Source: Eledone cirrhosa
Taxonomy: Eukaryota
Direction: 5' to 3'
Assembly: GCA_964016885.1 (NCBI GenBank)
Contig: OZ024742.1
Span: forward strand, 133,858,001-133,922,000
DNA length: 64,000 nt
Part shown: in pieces, positions 14,301 to 30,772 of the stretch
Layout: each line of letters opens with the position of its first letter
Numbering within the stretch: the stretch's first letter is position 1
Made by a program: the position numbers and the translations under genes
The notes under the pieces: model-generated
What the model saw: the letters and a program-made list of their open reading frames with translations, nothing else
Told to the model about the DNA's origin: nothing
Database searches by the model: none

Positions 14301-15651
14301 ATGCATGCAGATGCTACGGTTTATAGTTGTTTTTTTTTGCGTGACGAATGTTTAATTCTACTTCTGCGGACATCGTGATATTTGGAAGTGTTATTGCTAG
14401 ACACTAATATATTATATAATATGAAGATATACATTTCACTTTAATTTGTTAATGCATATATCATAAAAGCTGAATTTGCTTGAATCATAGAACATGTTTC
14501 ATTCCACCGTTTGTTCAAACGGTTGATGTTAGTAAGCCACGTGAAAGTATATTAGCAATATTTCCCCAAAACATCGAAATACGATTAGTCATCCAGATGA
14601 TATTGCACAATAACCATTTCAAAATGACATATGCCACTATATATTCAAACATTATATAATACAGACCATAGCATATCACATCCATTATAATTTTTTGTCA
14701 ACGATCTATTATCAGGCCTCATTCCCTCAAAGTCTCCTTCCTTACTCTCGTTTTAGGGTTTATAGGATTTCTAGCATACTTTCTGTTGCATGTACTACGG
14801 ATGGTTTTGAGGCCACAAGCTTCCGTTGCCGGATCTGACCAGAAGAGCTGGCCCTTTGGGACAGCAAACGGCCTGTCTGAATAATAATCTCCATTCTCCA
14901 CGTTGGCAAGACATTTAAGTCTTCCATATACTTCCAATGTCTGGGGACCCAGACCACATGCCCACTCGTGAATGACCGGGGAGTTTCTGGCTACCTGCAG
15001 TAGTGTGCAACACGAGTTGGAATGGTCGTTCCAACTTGCATCGTTCCCATTCTCTGTGGGCTCGTTTTCTCTGTTATATCCTCTGCGATAACGAAACAAC
15101 ATGCACATGGGTACACACAAGCACCATAGAGCGATTCCCTACTTCACCCGGTTCTGCATCACTGACATAAAAACATATAAATCATTTGATAGCCCTGACA
15201 CTATTTTTGTAGTTTTAGAACAATGGACAATAGGTTTTAAACATGTAGAGCTCGTTGATATCAAGGCTATTGGAACGTATATTTCTCTCAGTCATTTTAT
15301 TAAATATTGAATTTAGTTGATGATAGTCTGTAGTATAATGGTGGGTATAGATATATAATTATTTATTGTATATTTTTATATTTCCGTTTGATTATATATA
15401 TATATAAGTGCCAACAGTAAGCGATAAAAATGACAACGAGAAAAGCGTCTACTTCCCTTTTTTGTTCAAAGACATGTAGAATTTTCATGGGATTTGTGTT
15501 TAATTGTCATGGTGCATTTAATATTAGGATTACAGATATAACTGATTTTAACAGATCTTACAGGTATACACATCAGATCTGCGGGTACATTATTTCTCAC
15601 CTACAATCAGGCATTTCCTAAGCGTCTCTATTCAATTAAGTGTTACCATAA

Positions 15652-15841
15652 TAATTGTTTCTACTTTTGGCACAAGGCCAGCAAGTATCCCAATGTTTTA
15701 CTGGTACTTTATTTCATCGACCCCGTAAGGATGAATGGCAAAGTTAACCTTGGCGGGATTTGAACTCAGTCCGTAAAGGGACGTAACTGTGCTGCAAAGC
15801 ATGGCGCCCGACCCTCTACCGATACTGCCAATTCACCGCCC
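15652..15841 (-). mobile_element. Full-length Meta-core SINE with 20-bp TSD
   Basis: TTAAGTGTTACCATAATAAT at 15636-15655 and 15842-15861. Confidence 0.9.
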
Positions 15842-16749
15842 TTAAGTGTTACCATAATAATGTTATTACAAACCCTTGTAATTTAACCAGAATAGGATTA
15901 TCTAGTGACACGAAATAACTTTTAATACTGAATTGGATATTAGAATTGGATACTTTTAGAAGGGATTCAAGCGTTTGTTTGACATCTGTAGTTTCTTGAA
16001 GTGGATATATCTATTTGAATTTAGGTAAAATTGTATCTGTATGTTAGTTGATAATTATACATCTGTCATATACACGTACGATAATTATTCTAATTTATGG
16101 ATCGTTATTGAATTGAATTTTAATTGTATGTTTGGCCGATTTAGCTATGGCTAATTCTTTTCTATTATGTATAGATAAATTGGACATGAGATTATGTATA
16201 CAATGTCTGAATAATATATGCATATTAATTACTATATACAGTAATTTTATGTGACTTCCTATGTTTCACAAAACTGAACTTTTTAACAGAATTACATTTA
16301 TATAACAGAATATATTTTATAAAGTTCATCTACAGAAATATTGCACCGATCATAGATTTAAAACCAATTTAAAATACAGATTATGAAAATAATGCGCAGT
16401 TTAGATAACACAAAGTCCTTATTGCCAATAGTATATTAATTATATTATAATTATATTTACGAATATATTTTATTTATAAATTACCTCATCGTTATCTAAA
16501 CATTTTCTTTGATATAAAACGATTTATTGTATCATATATTTTTATATCTGAAATTATAGAATCCTTCAGAGGCAAATAGTGTAATAATTACATTGTATTA
16601 TTAGCTTTTAACAAAAAAATAAAAAGCTAGTAATATGCATTTAAGAATGAAATTAAGCATATATTTACTTTTGAAACAATAAATTGCGTAAGATATTTTC
16701 TTCAAAAAACTCCATAGCTAAAATAAGAGAGAACGTTTGCTAATTTAAA

Positions 16750-16931
16750 TAATTGTTTCTACTTTTTGGCACAAGGCCAGCAGTCACCCAGTGCATTTAT
16801 TTTATCGACCCCGTAAGGATGAAAGGCAAAGTTAACCTCGGCGTGATTTGAACTCAGATCATAAAGGGACGTAACTCTATGCTTCAAAGCATGGTGTCCG
16901 ACTCTCTACCGATATTGCCAATCCACCGCCC
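16750..16931 (-). mobile_element. Full-length Meta-core SINE with 17-bp TSD
   Basis: TTGCTAATTTAAATAAT at 16737-16753 and 16932-16948. Confidence 0.9.
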
Positions 16932-17609
16932 TTGCTAATTTAAATAATGTTAGTATGTACTAGAAAATCTACATGTCAAAATTCATATAAGCTTTGAAGC
17001 ATATTAAAAGATATAGTGTTTCCTTTGACCTTCCATATATACAGAGTACAATGTTTACATCTTTCTGCCTTTTTATCCTACATCCCTAAAGCAGTGGAGA
17101 ATGGATGGTACCAGAAAGAGGATGGTTTGAAATTGAAAACTCTGGAACTAGAATCACAGAGAGCCTGCAACAAATGGATCCTCCCGAAGGAGAAGATTTA
17201 TTGGGAAGATCTATGGAGTTGTCGCTTTTAACTTGTTACGAGAAATGTATACCTCAGTAGCGACTCCAAAAGCAGGTTCTAACAGGGTTTTATGGCCACC
17301 AATCATGTAAGCTCTGGGGAAATTGTGACATCATCGTGCATATTATATCTGCATGCGCCCAAGAAAGATATAGATGGCTTCATCATAATAATTGGCGATA
17401 TTTGATATCAATATAGACTCAGGAAATACTAAAAGGGATTCAGTAATATTAGTGTGTAATAGTTAAATGGGGAAATAGCCAATGTATTTGGACTCCTGTT
17501 CATGAGATGTCCAAATCTCTAAGGTGTAAAAACTCTTCCTTTATATGTATGTGTGTGTGAAAAACATGTATACCGACAACGAGTATGGTTAGATGCACAA
17601 TGATGCACA

Positions 17610-17732
<123 letters not shown>

Positions 17733-17842
17733 GGATATGTGTTCCTACACGCACAAGGCGCTAAGGGACACATGTATTGTCCAACTATATGCCAATGTGG
17801 TTCAATGGCAGGTTAATAACTTAACGAGCCACAACATATATA

Positions 17843-18287
17843 ATCAAGGTTTAGCAAATAAGATAAAGTTTCAAAATAAATTTTAAAAAATTAACTGTAC
17901 TTACTATGGTTACCTTTACCGAGTCGGTTTCGATTCTCAAAAATAAACGGAGTCCATACGGCCTTCGTTGCAGTTATAGCAGTAGCCATCTGACCTCTCT
18001 ACCTCTGTCTTTATCTTTACACTCGGCCCTTGAAAACATTGATTCCACTTCATTTACTCTCATCTCGGGAACAATTTTGAATAGCGCCAGTTCGTAATTT
18101 GAATTCGAGAATTTTATATTCTCCGAATGAAAAGATCCTTATGGCGAGATTCTTTCTCTGCAACGAAGGCCGTATGGACTCCGTTTATTTTTGAGAATCG
18201 AAACCCGAATCGGTAAAGGTAACCATAGTAAGTACAGTTAATGTTTTAAAATTTATTTTGAAACTTTATCTTATTTGCTAAACCTTG

Positions 18288-18290
<3 letters not shown>
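17843..18290. repeat. Foldback with arms of about 130 bp
   Basis: 17843-17972 is the near-perfect reverse complement of 18157-18290. The right end abuts (TA)n. Confidence 0.85.
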
Positions 18291-18319
<29 letters not shown>

Positions 18320-18322
<3 letters not shown>

Positions 18323-18387
18323 GTATGCATACGTACATACATATATGTATACAGACGTGCAGTATTATGTATATATATACATACATG

Positions 18388-18461
<74 letters not shown>

Positions 18462-19632
18462 TGTATATATATATATATGTACGTATAGGTTTACCGAACA
18501 TTTATTATAATGCTCGGTTTGTTTGTAAAGCAAACAGCCCGAATTAAGCCGTACAGTGTTTAGCAACCATCGTTGCCCTTTTGTTCAACACTGACAAAGG
18601 AACGATGTACTAGTTTCAAGCTTATTAGCTATCGTCAGCAACGTATACCTTTCTGCCAGATGATTGAACGTCTGAAAGTATATACTTTCCTTATGCATAT
18701 TAACGGCGGAGCAGCCTAATTTGCATATCGAGTGAGTTAGTCGGCCGGGTTCAAAGAAAACGATAAATGGAAAAAATGAAATCAAATTTCATTTTTCACT
18801 CTCAGTATTGGTGTTACTTAAATATAAGTAAGTATACGTACATACATATATGTATACAGACGTACAGTAGTATGTATATATACATACATGCGCACACTAA
18901 CTTGAAACTAGTACATCGTTCCTTTGTCAGTGTTGAACAAAAGGGCAACGATGGTTGCTAAACACTGTAAGGCTTAATTCGGGATGTTTGTTTGCAAACA
19001 AACCGAGCATTATAATAAATGTTCGGTTAACCCATACGTACATATATATATATATATATATATATATGTTTGCGTGTATGTCTATATATACATACTACTG
19101 TACCTCTGTATACATATATGTATGTACGTATACATACTTATATTTAAGTAACAGCTGTGCTAAGAGTGATAAATAAAACTTTGTTTCATTTTTTCCATTT
19201 ACTGTTTTCGGTGCGCCCGGCCGACTAATTCACTCGATATACAAATTGGGCTGCTCGGCCGTTAATATGCATAAGGAAAGTATATACTTTCAGACGTTCA
19301 GTCATCTGGCAGAAATGTATACGATGCCGACGATAGTTAATACGCTTGAGACTAGTACATCGTTCCTGTGTCAGTGTTGAACAAAATGCCGACGATGGAT
19401 GCCGAGCACTGTACGGTGTAAATCGGGCTGTTTGTTTACAAACAAACCGAACATTATAATAAATGTTCGGTAAACCCATACGTGCATATATATATGTGTG
19501 CATGTATGTATATATATATACATAATACTGTACCTCTGTATACATATATGTATGTACGTATACATACTTATATTTTAGTAACAGCCGTACTAAGAGTGAG
19601 AAAGGAAATATCGTTTCACTTTTTCCATTTAT
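18320..19632. mobile_element. ORF-less repeat of about 444 bp in tandem and inverted copies, carrying an HHR
   Basis: CTTGA(A/G)ACTAGTACATCGTT at 18901 and 19345 gives a 444-bp period. An inverted arm spans about 18320-18810. HHR at 18602-18644 (minus): acgttg-CTGACGA-tagctaataagctt-GAAA-CTAG-TA-catcgt. Confidence 0.75.
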
Positions 19633-19720
19633 ACATATATATTAAAATAACAGATTAAAGTTTAAGCAAAGAATCGCTGGTTTCACCCTTAATGGGATCT
19701 TCTGAAACTAACAAGGTCAA

Positions 19721-19771
<51 letters not shown>

Positions 19772-19777
<6 letters not shown>

Positions 19778-20400
19778 TTAATTATACTATTTATGGTTAT
19801 GTAAATACAAAAACCTTTTGCAGTTATATATATTTTTATACAAACCCTAAATAGTGGTAGGCACTAATATATTACTACCTTATTACCAGTAAGTTAAGTA
19901 GCTCAATGTAAAAACATCAGATGATTTACAGAGGAGTTATATGAAATATAAGAATCAAAGAACTGTTCAAACATTTTTATGCTTACAACTGTTTCTTCCA
20001 AACCGAGGTTTGGATTCTTCGGAGCAATTTATTAATGCATGAACACTTATATGACCTCCTTTTCACCCAAGAGACATACAGATACATATGCAAATATTGT
20101 GGGTCAACATTCATTACAGCATTTAGAGTGGCAATATTGTGGGTCAACATTCATTACAGCATTTAGAGTGGCAATAGACACTTACATATTACATTCATAT
20201 TAAAAGATACAATCAAAAATACAGTTTAAAATACAACATGAAAATAAGCGGTTATATAGTGCAAAGGTTATATGTGTGGCAAGCACATGCGTCTTGTTTA
20301 TATAGTGTGGCAGAGAGTTACGTGTAGTAGAAGCACTTAAGTAGGTCAACAAGAGTGTTAGGTTGGTTGTTCTGGTGATAAATTCTTTATATGATTGTTA
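19772..20400 (-). mobile_element. Older 5'-truncated copy of the PLE family 1 3' end
   Basis: Diverged match to about 30517-31130 with the same 3' end in (TA)n. The HHR at 19980-20028 keeps the CCGAAGA core. Confidence 0.9.
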
Positions 20401-21290
20401 TAAAGAATGAGAAATGTCACACTGTCATCAAGCGGAAAGGGGAGGTCATCGCAAAACATAAGAAAAGAAAATAATATGCACGCGGGTCAAATAATTCTTT
20501 CAATAATCTTAACCTTGCGTGTGAAGAACTCAATTAGATTTTAAAAAATAAATATATGCATGTATTATTTATACACGCATATAGGTATTTTCTTAGGCTA
20601 AAAACAGAGATAAGATGCCAGAATAACAATCAATATTTCATACAAATACATATGCATTTACACACACATACATATATTTACACATACATTTACATAAACA
20701 TACATATATTCACACATATAAATTTACACAAACACAGTCATGATACCGTTCGATGATTTGGTGATGGGAGGGAAAACAAGTATAACGTTTTATTTATTTA
20801 TTTATAAACTCTTTTTTATTTATTTATTAACTCTTTTTTTAAAACTCATTTAATATAATGGTTTCAGGAGGAAAACACTAACAAATATTATATATACAAA
20901 GGAAAGGTAAGGAAAAAAGAAAGAGAAACATAAAACAAGCAGGTAATACACACATCTTAGACCCCATAGAACAAAATACAGACGAAAGGGACGGAAAAAA
21001 ACCCGCTAGAAGAGCAAAATATAGCAATATAGCGAAGAGCGCTGGGAAACCCCTCTAATAATTTTTGAGGCAGGCCAACTCGCTTGCAGCGTTACATGGG
21101 GTGATGGCGCGACTGAGGTACTGGATCAATCAGGTGCCCTCACGAGCATCACCAGTTGCCTCTGTTTGATGAGTTGTTTACATGCCAACACAAGAGCAAG
21201 AATGAAGGGTTCATTCTACTGACATGGCTTTAAAAATGAGGATTGTTTGCATAATGGGAAATGAATCGAATGTTATTAATATTCGGAAAA

Positions 21291-21484
21291 TGGCTGTTGA
21301 TTGGCAGTATCGCTAGAGGGTCGGACGCCATTCTTTGACGTATAGAGTTACGGCCCTTGCCATTCTGAGTTCAAATCCCGCCGAGGTTAATTTTGCCTTT
21401 CATCATCACGGGGTCGATAAAATAAAGTACCAGTAATGCACTGGGTAATTGCTGGTCTTGTGCAAAAACGTTGAAACAATTATT
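21291..21484 (+). mobile_element. Meta-core SINE
   Basis: Same family as 74-261, with an imperfect TSD TATTAATATTCG(G/A)AAAA. Confidence 0.88.
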
Positions 21485-21680
21485 AATATTCGAAAAACTC
21501 AGCTTACATTTATTTTGTTCAGCCATGTAGAGTGAATTATTTTTTAATATGGCACATCCGGCCATTTATCGCTCGTATACAGGAAACTGACTGGCAGGCC
21601 TGTAATATGCAAATCTGGCTGATTAGTAGATCTGCAAATATGCAGATCTGACTGATCAGCCAGTCTGCTAACATGCGAAA

Positions 21681-21736
<56 letters not shown>

Positions 21737-21893
21737 TTGAGGCACATCCTGAATGGTTGCCAAAACATATATATCTGTGACTTTGCCTAGTTTGTATATA
21801 TGTAAATCTTTATATATATATATATATATATATACATAAAGATTTACAGTATATTTCCAAATATACTATACATGCATTCACACCCACACACAC

Positions 21894-21943
<50 letters not shown>

Positions 21944-22078
21944 TGTGTGTGTGTGTATGTATGTGTGTATGTGTGAATGCATGTATAGTATATTTGGAAA
22001 TATACCGTATGTTTAATTAAAAATATTTAGAAGACTATGCGCTATTAGTTTTATCGTAGTGACTATGTCACTTACTCC

Positions 22079-22170
22079 TTTTCGGCGAAAGAAGGGAGAG
22101 AAGCTGACAGTCTGTTTCACGCTGGTTGGCGTTGATCAGAGCCACGCACTCCCCTCCTGCCGCCGAAAAT
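22079..22170 (-). ncRNA. Type I HHR with long extended stem I and a G8C core change
   Basis: ttttcggcg..aggaggggag..ggct-CTGATCA-acgc caacca gcgt-GAAA-cagactg-TC-agct..ctcccttct..cgccgaaaa. Confidence 0.65.
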
Positions 22171-22453
22171 TATAGGAGCGGGATTCTCATTGAATTCCAG
22201 TAATAATCAGGAGCTGATTATGCAGAGCGATTGCCGGTCATGCAAAAATTAGGTATTAGGATATATATATATATATCCTAACACCATATATAAGGCGATG
22301 TGTAAAGAACACTTTCAAACAGTAACACTCTTTTTAATTACATATATATAACGAAAAACAGTGTTGTTGTTTGAAAGTGTTATTTACACTTCACGTTGTA
22401 TATGGTAGATGATAAATATAAAAGTTATATATACACACACATACACACACACT

Positions 22454-22492
<39 letters not shown>

Positions 22493-22519
22493 CTATACCA
22501 TATATATGTATGGAAAATG

Positions 22520-22852
22520 CTAAACAAACGTGCTGTCCTCTGGTGTTTTAAGGATGAAACATTTTAAAGTAATGACAGATGTTTTGGTAATCCAACACGG
22601 AGGACACAGGCTTTGCTTACTTACATTTGTGTACACGTCATAATTATATATATAAAAGGAACGATGGACTTTCGTCAAATCGGACCGAGGGAACAATGTT
22701 TCCGTTGGTCTTTCCAATTGCTAATACAATCTATCGGTCGCAACTCCAGGTTGAAGGAGCAACGTGAAATAAAGTGTCTTGCTCAAGGACATAACGCATC
22801 GATCGAACTTACAACCTTACGATTGCGAATCCAATTCTCTAACCACACGCCT

Positions 22853-22856
<4 letters not shown>
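22520..22856 (-). mobile_element. Second tRNA-derived SINE family (V/CORE-like domain), decayed
   Basis: Minus strand GTGGTTAGAG...GTTCGATC...GTCCTTGAGCAAGACACTTTATTTCACGTTGCTCC. A relative lies at about 53400-53692. Confidence 0.65.
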
Positions 22857-22898
<42 letters not shown>

Positions 22899-23705
22899 TA
22901 TATAATAGTCTTTTTTAAGACTATGCAGAGCATTTGTAGCTTTTCCAAATTGTAGGTTGAGTATTTAAACTTTATTTTATTCTGAGTTAAGGCTCTATTG
23001 ACTTTTCGCTTGATTTTACAAAATTCTATGGATAGATCTATGTCTTGATATTTACACAATAACTTCTATACTTTTATTTATATTTATACTCGGAATTTTC
23101 CTAGACTGCTTAAAATTATTTGTCACTAATCCCGGTCTTTTTTTAAAAAAGACCGCGATAATATTCCTATTTTGATGAATTCCTTACACTTGTAGAGTTT
23201 TTTCCGGAATGTGTTTTGACTGCTGTTTCCTGTAAACAGACATTTGTCTCATTCTGACGTCACCAGCCATGTCTCTCCATGTCCGTTTATTTTTCATAAT
23301 TACGTACGAGGTGTATTAGCCTGGTTTTAACTTCCCTTTTTGGAATATTCTACAGTGGTTTTAGGGTTATCATGTTTGAGCTCTGCTGATGAACGACTCC
23401 GACCATGACCATCCCCACTGAACATTTCGCGAAATAGTATTTTTAAGACTATACAGCATTTTGTAGTTTTTCCAAATTGAAGGATGAGTATTTAAACTTT
23501 ATTTTATTCTGAATTAATGTTCTATTTTTTTCCTCTGGATTTCACAAAATTCTATGGATAAATCTATGTCTTGATTTTTTAAAATTGAGTTTGAATTATT
23601 TTCACACATCTTACGTTAACTGTTTTTCCATTTTGACGTTAGAGTCACTTATATATTATGAAATACTGCTGGCTTCACGCTCACAACAATTTCTATGCTT
23701 TCATT

Positions 23706-25240
<1,535 letters not shown>

Positions 25241-25256
25241 TATATATATATATATA

Positions 25257-27335
<2,079 letters not shown>

Positions 27336-27350
27336 AGAGAGAGAGAGAGA

Positions 27351-27512
27351 GAAGTGGTTACACAACAGTTAGTTCACCATACCGAGAACAATTGTTTCAC
27401 CTTAGCGGATCCTCAGCTCGTTATGTAAATGTTGTGTAACCACTTCTACCTAACTCGTCCCATGGACTGAGTGCTCTGCCACTACAGATATTACCTTCCA
27501 GTGTTCTACCAT
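27351..27512. mobile_element. Foldback pseudo-LTR fragment with intact minimal HHR (27378-27425, minus)
   Basis: cataacgag-CTGAGGA-tCCgctaaGGt-GAAA-CAATTG-TT-ctcggtatg. Confidence 0.8.
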
Positions 27513-28103
27513 GATATATATATATTTATATACATTTATACAGAAGGGGAGAGATAGAGAGTAAGAGACAGAGGAGAAAAAGAAAGAGAGGGGAAAAAGA
27601 GAGAGAGAAAGTGAGAAAGAGAGAGGTGGGGAAGAGTGAGAGAAAAACAGTGGCTAGAGTGAGTTTAAATATAAAACGTATATATTCTGTTAAGTATATT
27701 CCAATAATTGAACGCTCTGTTAAACGTATTCAAATTTATGTAGAAACAAATTCTAGTATTTCAATACTTCTATACGCATGTTCGACAAAATAACCTTAAT
27801 TTGCTGATAAAATAACTTTCATCGGTTATATTCGATTTGTATATGACTATATGAAATATTTATAAAATTATATGTTTCTAAAGGTAAGAGAGGCACTTAA
27901 AACTCTTTCAAAGTTATTTCGAAATATATTTAATTATTCGTAAACCACATTACTACGTTATAAATAATTCATACAAATTTAATGCATATATGACGGTTAA
28001 TATACTTACAGATATATTAAGAAGCAAACTTAGTTAATTTGACATACCTCTAAGTGAAACTTTTTTATATGCATTTCCCCCACAAACACACACTTAAACA
28101 CAA

Positions 28104-28163
<60 letters not shown>

Positions 28164-28166
28164 ATA

Positions 28167-28239
<73 letters not shown>

Positions 28240-28464
28240 CACATACATAACACAGGAAGAGGCACACATATACACACTCATGCACAAACGCGCACACAGC
28301 CAAACATATACGTATTCGTATGCATATCGAAGCAGACCCGGTAGTGTGGTAACGCTTTTTTTCGTAATATGTTTCTTCTATATACTATGACATTTGATTT
28401 GTTAATTTTAATATTTTTGCTTACATTTTACACACACACACATATATATATGTGTGTTTGTGCG

Positions 28465-28497
<33 letters not shown>

Positions 28498-28540
28498 ATG
28501 TATATATGTGTATATATGTGTATATATGTCTATATATATA

Positions 28541-30255
28541 ATGCTGTAACTAGGGATTACCGTAAAACTAATCGGTGCGTCATCAATGAAATCAACGATG
28601 CTGGGTTTAAAATAACATCTGATCTCAACATCCTGGACCGGACCGAACCTCTGGACCCTATTTCTCCCCACTCTACCTTGAAGGATCACAAATCCAATTT
28701 TCCGAACAACCCCTCTATTCGGCTTATTAATCCTACGAAGTCCGATTTAGGTAGACTTAGTAAAACGATTCTTGATAGAATTATACCTGAATTATACCTG
28801 AAATTAGAAGTTTGTCCCCTCTTGCACTGTGGAACAATTCTTTCGCGGTGATTGATCTGTTCAACGGCATAGGTAACAAGGAACATTGCCGTTTTATCCA
28901 ATTCGACATCAACAATTACTACTCCTCCATCACTTTACCACTTCTCCTTAGAGCTATCAATATCGCTAAAACACTCACAGTGTTTAAGGATTTCGAAGTT
29001 GATGGCATCCTCAATGCCCGAAAGTCGGTGATTAATTTCGATGACTCTATTGGGATTAAACAATCCAATAGTACCCCATTCGACGTGAGTATGGGCGCCA
29101 GTGATTCTGCGGAGGTTACTGATCTTATCGGCCTTTCCCTTCTTTTCTCTATGAAGGACGAATTCCCCAACGCGGGCGGTGGTTTGTACCGTGACGATGG
29201 TCTTTTGACCATGACTAAGTGCGGACCTCGTGCTTGCGACAGGTTCAGAAAAGAACTCACTGCCTTCTTTAAAGGCTTCAACCTCTCTATACAGGTTGAG
29301 GGCAATCTCTCGGTCGTTAATTACCTTGACGTTACCCTCAATTTATTGAATGGGTTGTTATTACCCGTATAGAAAGCCGAATGATACGCTTAATTACATA
29401 AGTAAGCATTCCAACTATCCTGCCAGCATAACCAAGAACCTGGTAAGGAACGTTTCGTTGAGGCTTTCCCGTCTTTCCACCAACGAGCGTATTTTCAACG
29501 ACCATTCCACTTATTACAATGAAGCTCTTGCCCGAAGTGGATTTGTCGATAAGGTAGCATATACATAGTACGTAAATAGACCTACAAGAAATAAATCCCG
29601 ACGCATTTGTTGGTATAACCCACCATATAATATGGAGGTGGCCACACCATTAGCTAAGATCTTTCTTTCCCTTATTACGAAGCATTTTCCCCTTACACAT
29701 AAATATAGTAAAATCTTTAATAGAAATACTATTAAAATTTCTTATTCTACGACTCCTAACCTTGCACATAACATCACAGATTCAAATTTAGCTAAACTAC
29801 CTAGCCGTAGAAACACGTGCAACCCTGTAGTTAGTACTAACTGTAATTGTAGGAATCGGGCTGATTGCCCCCTTTCCGGGAAATGCCTCTCTAGTAACAT
29901 TGTCTACAAATGTATGGTTATAATACCCACGTCCCGTGGGGCCTACATGGGGTTAACCGCCAATAGATTCAAGCAGCGTCTTTACACGCATACCCATTCT
30001 TTTCGTTACCCTCTAAGAAGGAATATGACGTCACTTTCAGCTTATATCTGGAGTCTAAAAGACAACCACACCCAATATAAGTTACACTGGGAGATACTAG
30101 CTAGGGCTAGATCGTATAACGGAAATAAAAGACCATGTGACCTCTACGCCACAGACCACATCTTAAACAAAAAATCTGTGGCAATTTCGGCTTGTAAACA
30201 TAAATTGCACAAAACTTTCCTGTATTACAGCCCCACGTTTTACCCTAACGGATAG
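28541..30255 (+). pseudogene. PLE RT-GIY-YIG pseudogene (family 2)
   Basis: TLKDHK, RLINPTKSDLG, FIQFDI, SMGASDS, LYRDD, CNCRNRADCPLSGKCL, IVY..YMG and FKQRLYTH motifs. Lesions: 11-bp duplication near 28780-28800, frameshift near 29360, stop at 29566. Confidence 0.92.
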
Positions 30256-30417
30256 TACGATCTATACGTGGATATTTTACGTCTTGATGTGGGAACTAAG
30301 TTTATGTTTTGTTTATACCATTACTTATTTGCATAGCGAATGTTTCCACGAACCAAAGTATCGTCTTCCTGTCTTCCTCCGGTTGCAACGTTTTTTGAAA
30401 TATCCACTTCTGCGTTT

Positions 30418-30493
30418 ACAGATTGACTTTGCTAGTTTCAGAAGATCCCTTTAAGGGTGAAAGCAGCGATTCTTTGCTTAAACTTTAATCTGT
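30418..30493 (+). ncRNA. Type I HHR variant (CAGAAGA core, CUU cleavage triplet)
   Basis: Stem I AGTTT/AAACT, extended by ACAGATTGA/TTAATCTGT; stem II CCCT/AGGG; GAAA; stem III GCAG/TTGC. Other copies at 6089-6165, 9829-9904, 19649-19725 and 47437-47497. Confidence 0.72.
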
Positions 30494-30719
30494 TATTTTA
30501 ATATATATATATATATATAGTATTAGTTATACTATTTATGGTTATGTAAACACAAAACCTTAAGCAGTTGTAAGTATTTTACACACACCCTAAATAGTGG
30601 TAGGCAGTAATGTATTACTACCTTATTACCAGTAAGTTAAGTAGCTCAATGTAAAAACATCAGATGATTTACAGAGCAGTTATATGAAATATAAGAATCA
30701 AAGAACTGTTCAAAACATT

Positions 30720-30772
30720 ATTGTGCTTACAGCTGTTTCCTCCAAACCGAGGTTTGGATTCTTCGGAGCAAT
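30720..30772 (-). ncRNA. Minimal type I HHR (CCGAAGA core) in unit A pseudo-LTR
   Basis: attgct-CCGAAGA-aTCCAAACCtcGGTTTGGAg-GAAA-CAGCTG-TA-agcacaat. Predicted cleavage between 30728 and 30727. AATAAA lies immediately upstream. Confidence 0.8.

Larger units (their letters stand above)
28541..30501 (+). mobile_element. 5'-truncated PLE family 2 between (TA)n tracts
   Basis: RT-EN pseudogene at 28541-30255, an internally deleted 3' region, and an HHR at 30418-30493. It sits tail-to-tail with the family 1 array. Confidence 0.92.

Noticed and set aside
17843-18290. HHR in this foldback (GAAA-CCCGAATCGG-TA)
   Set aside because: No CUGANGA-like core or stem I partner was found.
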